Virus record (IMG/VR): IMGVR_UViG_3300020183_000015 | Coordinates: 32,001 to 96,000 of that record | Direction: 5' to 3' (one strand) | DNA: 64,000 nt | Source of the DNA: a virus | The notes under the pieces: generated by a model | The model's input: the letters and a program-made list of their open reading frames with translations, nothing else | Database searches by the model: none | Told to the model about the DNA's origin: nothing | In this document: positions 9,367 to 17,988 of the stretch, in pieces | Numbering within the stretch: the first letter of the stretch is position 1 | How the letters are laid out: the number at the start of each line of letters is the position of its first letter | Position numbers and translations under genes: made by a program

Positions 9367-10611
9367 ATGAAAATATTTGTACAAATTGCGTCTTATAGAG
9401 ACCCACAGTTAATACCAACAATTCAAAACATGTTGGAAAATGCTAAAAATCCAAATAATTTAGTCATATCAATTGCAAGACAATTTAATCCTGAGGATAA
9501 ATTTGATGACCTTTCGGAGTATGAAAATGACAAAAGATTTAAAATTTTAAACATAGATTATAAAGAATCAAAAGGTGTTTGTTGGGCAAGATACCTCACT
9601 CAACAACAATATGATGGAGAAGAGTATACATTACAAATAGACTCTCACATGAGATTTGAAAAAAATTGGGACAAAACTTTGATTGATATGATAAAAGATC
9701 TACAATCAAAAGGACACAAAAAACCTTTGTTGACAGGTTACGTGTCATCTTTTGACCCTGACAATGACCCAAAAGGTAGGGTTATGGAGCCTTGGAGAAT
9801 GGCCTTTGACAGGTTCACACCTGAAGGTGTGGTTTTCTTTCTACCTGAAGTCATTCCAAATTGGAAAAAACTTGATGGTCCTATACCTGCAAGATTCTAT
9901 TCGGCACACTTCTGTTTTACTTTAGGTGAATTTTCTAAAGAAGTACAACATGATCCCGAATTTTATTTCCACGGCGAAGAAATATCAATTACTGTAAGAT
10001 CATTTACTCATGGTTATGATTTATTTCACCCACACAAAGTTGTTATATGGCACGAATACACACGAAAAGGAAGGACTAAACAATGGGACGATGACAAAAA
10101 TTGGTATAAAAAAAATGAGGCGTGTCATATAAAAAACAGACAGTTGTTAGGCGTTGACGGTGAAATTTATAGTGGAGACACTAATGAGTGGTTTGGTACT
10201 GAAAGAAGTATACGTGACTATGAAAAGTATTCGGGGTTGTTGTTTGAAAAAAGAGCAATACAACAATATACATTAGATAAAAGTTATCCACCAAATCCAT
10301 ATGATTATAATACTGAAGATGAGTGGAAAGAAACTTTTTTATCAATATTCAAACATTGTATTGACGTTGACTTAAATAGACTACCTGAAACTGATTATGA
10401 TTTTTGGGTTGTTGCATTTCACGACAAAAACGATGAAACAATATACAGACAAGACGCAGGTCTTGACGAAATAAACCGATTGAAAACAGATCCTGACGGT
10501 GTTGCTAAAATATGGAGAGAATTTAATACCCAAGAAAGACCAACTTATTGGGTAGTTTGGCCACACTCAACATCCAAAGGATGGTGTGAAAGAATTGTAG
10601 GAGCACTTTAA
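9367..10611 (+). CDS. Polypeptide alpha-N-acetylglucosaminyltransferase (GT60, Skp1-hydroxyproline GlcNAc-transferase-like)
   Basis: IFVQIASYRD, SKGVCWAR, LQIDSHMRF..WD, FHGEEI..R.FTHGYDLFHP motifs. The ATG at 9367 is preferred over the track's start at 9280. Confidence 0.8.
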   Translation: MKIFVQIASYRDPQLIPTIQNMLENAKNPNNLVISIARQFNPEDKFDDLSEYENDKRFKILNIDYKESKGVCWARYLTQQQYDGEEYTLQIDSHMRFEKNWDKTLIDMIKDLQSKGHKKPLLTGYVSSFDPDNDPKGRVMEPWRMAFDRFTPEGVVFFLPEVIPNWKKLDGPIPARFYSAHFCFTLGEFSKEVQHDPEFYFHGEEISITVRSFTHGYDLFHPHKVVIWHEYTRKGRTKQWDDDKNWYKKNEACHIKNRQLLGVDGEIYSGDTNEWFGTERSIRDYEKYSGLLFEKRAIQQYTLDKSYPPNPYDYNTEDEWKETFLSIFKHCIDVDLNRLPETDYDFWVVAFHDKNDETIYRQDAGLDEINRLKTDPDGVAKIWREFNTQERPTYWVVWPHSTSKGWCERIVGAL

Positions 10612-10615
10612 TAAT

Positions 10616-11374
10616 ATGAATAAATTTTGTTTTTTATCTGAAGCTAATTACCCTAACTATACCAAAAGACTCAAGGACTACAACCTAAAACGTTATTTAG
10701 ATTTGGGGCTTGATATACCATTTTATATCTCAACAAATCGACCTTACGATTTTTTAGAGTATGAAAATCACCCATTGATAAAAGTTTTTGATATTGAGGA
10801 TTTAAGAAAAAATAATAAAAATTCACAACTTAATGAACCTTTACCAACGGACCCTAAAGGAATTTATCCCGCAAGGTACCCATGGAATCTTAGGCGTTTT
10901 ATATTAAGAAAGGCAATCGAGGACGGATTCAATGGACTATTTTTTTTAGAGTGTGATACAAAAATATCTGATCACACAACAAAAGAAGATTTGATTTCTT
11001 TTATGAATGAAATTTATGAACCAAACACAGTTAAAACTTCTTCTGCTAGATTTGTATACAAAGATAGGCAACCAAATCAAGAGTTATTTTACTATCACCC
11101 AACTTACATAACGGACTTACAATTAAATTTTAATGATGATCAATACGACACTTTAGACGGTACTAATCAATTATTTTTTGGTGATTCTCAGAATTCTCTT
11201 TTAAAATTTTTAGATAATTGGGATTTTATTTGTGACTACGGTTATCAAAAAGGTTACGGTTATAAAACAGGATACTTATCTAATCTTTCATTTATAATAC
11301 CAATGTCGGGATTTAGACTAATTCATAGACACACACCATTTGTTACGGATCATAAATTTGAAGATAGGTACTAA
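10616..11374 (+). CDS. Hypothetical protein, possible GT-A fold glycosyltransferase
   Basis: Lies in the GT operon; YPWNLRRFIL..LFFLECDT resembles a GT-A DxD-like strand. Confidence 0.4.
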   Translation: MNKFCFLSEANYPNYTKRLKDYNLKRYLDLGLDIPFYISTNRPYDFLEYENHPLIKVFDIEDLRKNNKNSQLNEPLPTDPKGIYPARYPWNLRRFILRKAIEDGFNGLFFLECDTKISDHTTKEDLISFMNEIYEPNTVKTSSARFVYKDRQPNQELFYYHPTYITDLQLNFNDDQYDTLDGTNQLFFGDSQNSLLKFLDNWDFICDYGYQKGYGYKTGYLSNLSFIIPMSGFRLIHRHTPFVTDHKFEDRY

Positions 11375-12189
11375 TGGAGAAAAAACTAACGGTAGTTATT
11401 GTCGGTCATCTGCTTGATAACTTTATTTTTTATTTAAAATATCTAATACATAGCTTACCTGAAAGTCTTAAAGATTGTAAGTTTATTGTACATTATGATA
11501 ATAGTGACGGGTTTGATGAAACGAAATCTCGTAATGAAATAGAAGGTTTGTTAAACTCCAAAAATTTAAATTACAAATTAAGTTTTAGTTTTGGTGGTTT
11601 AATTTCCTCAATAAAAAAATGTTTGGAAAAAATTGAAACCGATTATTATTTGTTTTTAGAACATGATTGGGTTTTCTTAAACAAAACTAATATAGAGTTT
11701 AATAAAGTTGTTGAGGTTTTTGACAAATATAATTTTGTTAATTGTGTATGGTTTAGTAAAGACGACAACACCCAACGTGGGTTTGAAATTTGTCAGGATC
11801 TTACGGGAAATATTACTCCGTTTGCTTTAGAAAAAAGAATTAAAGAATTAAATTTAATTACAACATGTCGATGGTCTAACAACCCTGTAGTATTTCGGAC
11901 TTCAAAAATGAAAAAATGGTTTAGTGATTTTATAAATAATGAACACGTGGGCAAACTAAATCAAAGACAAGGTAATGTTGAGGAAAAAATGATTTCTGTT
12001 TATAGAGAATATATTTCTAAAAATAAATGGGACGAGATCAAAGATGATTGGGGTACTTACTTGTATGGTAACTTTAATGAAGGTCCTTATGTTGGTCATA
12101 CCGACGCATCAAAAAGATATCAAGGATTAAGTAAAAGCCAACCAGAAATAAATGGAGAAAATTACATAAAAAAATATAAAAATGTTTAG
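11374..12189 (+). CDS. GT2-like (GT-A) glycosyltransferase
   Basis: IETDYYLFLEHDWVF, WSNNP, YVGH motifs; stop/start overlap with both neighbours. Confidence 0.6.
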   Translation: MEKKLTVVIVGHLLDNFIFYLKYLIHSLPESLKDCKFIVHYDNSDGFDETKSRNEIEGLLNSKNLNYKLSFSFGGLISSIKKCLEKIETDYYLFLEHDWVFLNKTNIEFNKVVEVFDKYNFVNCVWFSKDDNTQRGFEICQDLTGNITPFALEKRIKELNLITTCRWSNNPVVFRTSKMKKWFSDFINNEHVGKLNQRQGNVEEKMISVYREYISKNKWDEIKDDWGTYLYGNFNEGPYVGHTDASKRYQGLSKSQPEINGENYIKKYKNV

Positions 12190-12919
12190 TATTTTAGGAT
12201 TGAATTTTGCTAACAAGGGTTATTTTATAAATCTACCTCAAAGTACTGATAGGTTGAAAAACGTTCGTAATTTAGAAAAAAAATACAACATCAAAGGTTT
12301 AGAAAGATTTGAAGCACTAACGGATGAATTACATGCCTATTCTTGTACTAAAAGTCATTTGAAAATATTTCAAAATTCCAAAGAACAAAATTTAGAAACT
12401 ATTTTTGTTGCAGAAGACGATTTTAACATTGAAGACACTTCTTACTATCCCGGTCAACGTAAACACTTAAAACCAACTCTACAACAAGTCCACAAAGATT
12501 TACAAAAAGTTCATTGGGACGTTTTATTATTTGGTTGTAATCCGAAAGAAACTATGGTTAAAGTAACTGATTGTCTTTACACAATACCAAAAAGTACTGG
12601 AGCTTGGGCTTATATTATTAAAAAAAATGCTTATGAATACATTTTAGATAATTTGAATTATAGAAAAGATTACATAGCAATTGACGATTATTTACCTTTA
12701 TTAAATTCCAAAGGTTTTACAACATTAACGACGGTACCCCTATTAATCAATCATGCGGTTGGTTTTGTATCTACATTACAACCAAGAGGTCCAGTAAATT
12801 ACGATGTATGGATACAAGGGAACTATCATAATTTTGTGTACGACACAGAACAATTTAAAATAAAAAAAGTAGAACCAAATAAAATTCAAATACACCAATT
12901 AAAAAAAGTTTTTAAATAA
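12182..12919 (+). CDS. Glycosyltransferase family 25
   Basis: YFINL..STDRL, SCTKSHL, VAEDD, STGAWAYII, IDDYL match the GT25 pattern. Confidence 0.75.
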   Translation: MFSILGLNFANKGYFINLPQSTDRLKNVRNLEKKYNIKGLERFEALTDELHAYSCTKSHLKIFQNSKEQNLETIFVAEDDFNIEDTSYYPGQRKHLKPTLQQVHKDLQKVHWDVLLFGCNPKETMVKVTDCLYTIPKSTGAWAYIIKKNAYEYILDNLNYRKDYIAIDDYLPLLNSKGFTTLTTVPLLINHAVGFVSTLQPRGPVNYDVWIQGNYHNFVYDTEQFKIKKVEPNKIQIHQLKKVFK

Positions 12920-12920
12920 T

Positions 12921-15239
12921 ATGAAAAACATAATAAAATCAATATTAAATTTTGAAAACAACAAAATTGACGCTTCAATTATTAGTAGTGAACAAATTTC
13001 TCATATTGTAAAAAACTTAACTGAAGTTTTACAAAAAAATCTTGAAGGGGATGTGGTTGAATTGGGTTGTTATGTTGGAGAATCATCCAAATATATTAGA
13101 AAAACATTGGATGTATTCGAATCTTCAAAAACCCTAACTGTGTTTGATTCTTTTGAGGGTTTACCTCCTTTGAGTGAGTATGAAATTAATACAGGATGGA
13201 AACCATCAACGTTAAAAACCACAGAAGACGTACTTAGAGGAAACTTTGAAAATAATGGGTTGACACCACCAAAAATAGTAAAAGGGTGGTTCAAAGACAT
13301 TAATGAAGAAGATTTACCTGAAAAAATTTGTTTTGCTTTTTTAGACGGAGATTTTTACGATTCAATATACGATAGTTTGAAAAAGATATATGATAGAATG
13401 GTTGACGGTGGAGTTATTCTTTTTCACGATTTTAAAAGATTTGATTTGCCAGGTGTTGACGCTGCAATTAAAGTTTTTTTCAAACAAAAAAATATTCCAT
13501 ATAATTTAGAAGTTGTGTGTAGTCAATTAGGCAGACACGTTGTTGGCGGACCAATACCTGTTGTAAAAAGTAAAAAAATTACTTTGGTTACAGGTCTTTG
13601 GAATATAGGTCGAGATTCATTAAAAGAAGGTTGGTCAAGAAGTTATGATCACTATCTAAACAAATTTTCAGATTTATTAGATATCGATTGTAATTTGATA
13701 ATTTTTGGTGACGAAGAATTAGAAAAATTTGTGTTCAATAAAAGAGAGCCCGATAACACACAATTTATTCTCAGAGATATAAGTTGGTTTAAAAACAATG
13801 AGTTTTATAATCAAATTCAACAAATAAGAAAAAACCCTAATTGGTATAGTTTAGCGGGTTGGCTTGGGGACTCAACACAAGCAAAATTAGAGATGTATAA
13901 CCCATTGGTTATGTCAAAAATGTATTTATTAAACGATGCTAGAATATTAGACAAGTTCGATTCTGAAAGTTTATATTGGATTGATGCCGGTCTGTCCAAC
14001 ACGGTAAGTATGAACTATTTCACTCATGATAATGTTTTAGATAAAATAGAATCTTTTGATAAGTTTTTCTTTGTTTGTTTTCCATACAACGCGCACAATG
14101 AGATTCATGGATTCGAGTATTCAAAAATGAATGATTATACCAATCAAAAAATTGACAAAGTTGCAAGAGGAGGTTTTTTTGGTGGTCCAAAAAAAACGAT
14201 CGAGATTCTAAATACGATGTATTATTCTTTAATGCAAGATAGTTTAAACAAAGGATTAATGGGTACTGAGGAAAGTTTATTTACAATCCTACTTTATAAT
14301 AACCCAACTTTGATTGACTACTTTGAAATATTACCTGATGGTTTATTATACACATTTTTTGAAAATTTAAAAAACGGTTCTGCGGTTTTAAAAAACGCAT
14401 CCAAAATAAAAGTTGTGAGTAATAATACAAATGGTGAAGTAGGGTTATATGTAATAACATTTAATAGTCCCGAACAATTTGAATTTTTATTAAAATCAAT
14501 GGATGACTATGATGAAAATATACTGTTGAAAACAAAAAAATATTTATTAAACAATTCTACAGACCCTAACACATTTTCAAGATATCAATCATTATGTGAC
14601 CAATACGGGTTTGAACACATAAAAAAAGATAACATTGGTATTACAGGAGGTAGGGTTTTTGTTGCAGAACATTTTGACCAATCAGAAATGTCATATTATA
14701 TGTTTTTTGAAGACGATATGTCTTTTTATTCTGGAAGAAAAGGGGTTTGTAAAAATGGATTTAATCGTTACGTTGAAAACTTTTACAACAAAATGTTATC
14801 TATAGTAAAAAAAGAAAATCTCGATTTTTTAAAATTTAACTATACCGAATTTTATGGCAGTCACGAAAAACAATGGTCTTGGTATAACGTACCTCAAACT
14901 TTCAGATCTAAACATTGGCCACAGAATCAAAATTTACCAACCCACGGACAAGACCCGAATTCTCCATCGTTAGAATTTAAAAACATTAAATCTGTAGAAG
15001 GAATTCCTTATGCGACTGGAGAAATATATCTCTCGAATTGGCCAATTATAATGAGTAAAGAAGGTAATTATAAATGTTACTTGGAAACAAAATTTGCAAA
15101 TCCTTACGAACAAACCCTAATGTCTCATTGTTACCAAGAAACCGTCAAAGGAAGAATAAAATCGGGGGTTCTTTTGATGACACCAACTGAACATAACAGA
15201 TTTGACTTTTATGCTGCAGAATTGCGAAAAGAATGTTAG
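12921..15239 (+). CDS. TylF/NovP-like sugar O-methyltransferase + HtrL/WlaTC-like glycosyltransferase + GT2-like fusion
   Basis: EGDVVELGCYVG..FDSFEGLP..KGWFKD..FAFLDGDFYDS..GGVILFHD (TylF); ITLVTGLWNIGR..MSK..YWIDAG..GGFFGG..MGTEE (HtrL-like); YVITFNSP..FFEDDM (GT-A). Confidence 0.8.
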   Translation: MKNIIKSILNFENNKIDASIISSEQISHIVKNLTEVLQKNLEGDVVELGCYVGESSKYIRKTLDVFESSKTLTVFDSFEGLPPLSEYEINTGWKPSTLKTTEDVLRGNFENNGLTPPKIVKGWFKDINEEDLPEKICFAFLDGDFYDSIYDSLKKIYDRMVDGGVILFHDFKRFDLPGVDAAIKVFFKQKNIPYNLEVVCSQLGRHVVGGPIPVVKSKKITLVTGLWNIGRDSLKEGWSRSYDHYLNKFSDLLDIDCNLIIFGDEELEKFVFNKREPDNTQFILRDISWFKNNEFYNQIQQIRKNPNWYSLAGWLGDSTQAKLEMYNPLVMSKMYLLNDARILDKFDSESLYWIDAGLSNTVSMNYFTHDNVLDKIESFDKFFFVCFPYNAHNEIHGFEYSKMNDYTNQKIDKVARGGFFGGPKKTIEILNTMYYSLMQDSLNKGLMGTEESLFTILLYNNPTLIDYFEILPDGLLYTFFENLKNGSAVLKNASKIKVVSNNTNGEVGLYVITFNSPEQFEFLLKSMDDYDENILLKTKKYLLNNSTDPNTFSRYQSLCDQYGFEHIKKDNIGITGGRVFVAEHFDQSEMSYYMFFEDDMSFYSGRKGVCKNGFNRYVENFYNKMLSIVKKENLDFLKFNYTEFYGSHEKQWSWYNVPQTFRSKHWPQNQNLPTHGQDPNSPSLEFKNIKSVEGIPYATGEIYLSNWPIIMSKEGNYKCYLETKFANPYEQTLMSHCYQETVKGRIKSGVLLMTPTEHNRFDFYAAELRKEC

Positions 15240-15266
15240 TTGTTATATTTATAAAGAAAACTGTTA

Positions 15267-15941
15267 ATGGATTTCTTTATAAAGAAAAATGCTACGCTTC
15301 CTCTTTTAAAAATGCAAGTTATAAAAGATGGGAGAAGTGATTACAACAACATGATGGATTTCATCGAAGAGTCTGCAATATTCTTTTCGATGGTTAACAC
15401 AGAGACAGGTATTCCAAAGATATCAACAAGACCTTGCGGTTTTGTAGAAAAAATTCTTATCGAGCCAAACGCAAGTCCTGAGTATTATGTTTACTACCAA
15501 TTTACACCACGAGATACTAGTACTACAGGAAGATACGAAGGTCAATTTTTATTCAGAAATGACCAAGGTACCCTACTTCTTCCAATAAGAGAAAGGTTAT
15601 ACATAAATGTACAAGAAAGTTTCATAGCTGACGATTTGCCTTGGGAAAGTTGTTATGTTATTGAATTCCCTTGTTGTATCGGACCTGGACCACTACCACC
15701 ATCAATTACGCCTTCACCAACGCCAACACCTGAACCTTCAGTACCTGTACCAACACCAACTCCAAGTGTTTCTCCTGATACAAACCCAACACCGACACCA
15801 ACGCCAACACAAACTTCAGGATTAACACCAACACCGACACCAACAAGAGGTTTAATACCTACTCCAACACCAACCCCAAGTGCTGCGGTAGCTGGTGTCT
15901 CAACAATTTATATGACATTTAAAACTAAACCGATATGTTAA
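15267..15941 (+). CDS. BppU-like (baseplate upper protein N-terminal) domain protein with Pro/Thr tail
   Basis: [17 protein letters not shown]...GRYEGQF pattern followed by (PT)n. Confidence 0.55.
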   Translation: MDFFIKKNATLPLLKMQVIKDGRSDYNNMMDFIEESAIFFSMVNTETGIPKISTRPCGFVEKILIEPNASPEYYVYYQFTPRDTSTTGRYEGQFLFRNDQGTLLLPIRERLYINVQESFIADDLPWESCYVIEFPCCIGPGPLPPSITPSPTPTPEPSVPVPTPTPSVSPDTNPTPTPTPTQTSGLTPTPTPTRGLIPTPTPTPSAAVAGVSTIYMTFKTKPIC

Positions 15942-17899
15942 ATAGTGAAATACAAAAGTTAATCAATGACTTATACATAACTACACCTGATTATGTGGGT
16001 GTAGGTTATGGTCATAAAATAAAAAATGGAGAAATGACAGGGGAAATGGCAATTGTTTTTACAGTCCCAACAAAGTTCCCTGTTGATGTTATACCACAAA
16101 ATGAACTACTACCAAACGATGATTTTATTGTAAATGGTGAAGTTTTAAAAGTAGACGTTGTTGAGGTGGGTGAAATTAAAACAATGGCTTGTAACCCGAC
16201 TTGTCTTTTTTGTCATACATTATCAAATCCCTGTCCTAATAGACAATACATAAGACCAATATTAGGTGGAACTATGATTGCTAGTAAAGGTATTGCTCAG
16301 TCACTTCCTGCCGGTTCTTATTCTTTGGGTACTTTGGGGTTTGTTGCCGTTGACAATCAAACTCAGGCTTTAGTTGGTGTAACAAATAACCACGTTGTTA
16401 TACGTGATGCTTTTTATACAAGTCAAAGAAATTTGTCAGGTGTAATTCAAAATGAGTATGATTTAGGTAATACAGGATCAAGAGATGAGGATTTTGTTTA
16501 TAGTCCATCTAATTCTCCTTGGCCTATCCCGAATGCTTGGAAAATTGGTGAGGTTGTAAGGTATGTGCCAATGTTCTTGACTGGTGGTGTAAATAAAGTA
16601 GATGGGGCATTAATATCTTTGGACTGTGCTCCTGTTGTAAGTATACCTGGTTCTTCACAACAATTTGGGATAAGTTATGGGTCTCCCTATCCCTTTGCAA
16701 CAACCTCTGAAATAAACAATCTCTTATCTACAAATCCGATGTTGTTTAGTTCTGGTGCTAGAACCGGTGTTAAACAAGGATTACCGTGCCCTTTGAGGGT
16801 TTTTGCAGTTGGTGTTACCATACCTGTTGGGGGTTTTAAATTACAAGGTAGTGTACAGACTGTAACATTTACAGATGTAATACAGTTTGTTAGACCAGAA
16901 AATGACCCGAATTTAGCAACTGTATGTCCACACCCAATTGACGGTGGAGACTCAGGTTCAGCACTAATTGCCAACTTTTCGGGGGTTCAAAAAATAATTG
17001 GTTTAGTTTTTGCCGGTGGGTATACTGTTGGGTTTGCGTGTAGAATTGATCACGTTGCCGCAGAACTTAACATTTCTTCTTGGGACGGTACAAGTAAACC
17101 GTTAGTTGACCCTGACACTATAGATTATATTACGGTTGCGGGAGGTAATAGTATTAAAACCCAAATATGTTCAGGAACAACTTATTGGCAAGTCGGAGCA
17201 AGTAATTTGTCAAATACTTGTGCTAATGCCGTGTCTTTAACTTTATATGCAAATTACACCGAAGGTTCGGTTGTCTGTGATTATGTTTTAGAAGCTTCAA
17301 GCGCTGTTAATTTTGATTACATTTTCAGTTGTTCCAATGTTTTGACCACTATAAATGGTGAACCAATTGTGATCAACCCAACTATCGAAATTAAAAGTAA
17401 CACTACGGTTGGAACTTACAAAGAAACTGTTGCCAGAAATTATGATGATTTAACAAAACAAACGGATTTTGGAACTTTCCAATTGAATTACCCGCCTCTT
17501 GAAGAGTTGGAAATCACATTGGAAATTATTTCTTTCTTTGGTCCCGAAACCACACCTACACCAACACCAACAAAATCTGCAACGCCAACCCCAACACCAA
17601 CCAAAACACCAACTAAGACGCCGACACCAACACCAACTCCCACACCTACAATGACTCCAGAGCCTCTGTTTGTTTATTATAGTGTTTCAAGTTGTGCTGA
17701 TTTTGAAATTAGGGTTGCAAAGTTTTCTTTAACTCCACCTTATTTTGTACCAATAGTTGGTTACACTTATTATTTAACAACAGACTTTGCTGATTTTGAT
17801 GCTTGTTATAATATTCTTAACATTACGACAGGTCCAGAAACTTTCACCGTTACAAACATGTCCACAGAATATGTTGATTGTGGAACTTGTCAATCATAA
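15935..17899 (+). CDS. Nal1-like trypsin-family serine protease with a C-terminal Thr-Pro linker
   Basis: Triad motifs TNNHV, VDGAL, GGDSGS; IGLVFAG; Nal1-type N-terminus [21 protein letters not shown]. Confidence 0.75.
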   Translation: MLNSEIQKLINDLYITTPDYVGVGYGHKIKNGEMTGEMAIVFTVPTKFPVDVIPQNELLPNDDFIVNGEVLKVDVVEVGEIKTMACNPTCLFCHTLSNPCPNRQYIRPILGGTMIASKGIAQSLPAGSYSLGTLGFVAVDNQTQALVGVTNNHVVIRDAFYTSQRNLSGVIQNEYDLGNTGSRDEDFVYSPSNSPWPIPNAWKIGEVVRYVPMFLTGGVNKVDGALISLDCAPVVSIPGSSQQFGISYGSPYPFATTSEINNLLSTNPMLFSSGARTGVKQGLPCPLRVFAVGVTIPVGGFKLQGSVQTVTFTDVIQFVRPENDPNLATVCPHPIDGGDSGSALIANFSGVQKIIGLVFAGGYTVGFACRIDHVAAELNISSWDGTSKPLVDPDTIDYITVAGGNSIKTQICSGTTYWQVGASNLSNTCANAVSLTLYANYTEGSVVCDYVLEASSAVNFDYIFSCSNVLTTINGEPIVINPTIEIKSNTTVGTYKETVARNYDDLTKQTDFGTFQLNYPPLEELEITLEIISFFGPETTPTPTPTKSATPTPTPTKTPTKTPTPTPTPTPTMTPEPLFVYYSVSSCADFEIRVAKFSLTPPYFVPIVGYTYYLTTDFADFDACYNILNITTGPETFTVTNMSTEYVDCGTCQS

Positions 17900-17900
17900 T

Positions 17901-17929
17901 TTGACAAGAGTAATTTTTACTCCTATATT
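17901..17929 (+). promoter_or_regulatory. Sigma70-like promoter for DNA polymerase
   Basis: TTGACA (17901) -17 nt- TATATT (17924). Confidence 0.65.
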
Positions 17930-17988
17930 TATTTACGAAGGTAAATGCCGACCTTATTCGGTAGCTAATACACCAAAAGTAAATAACT

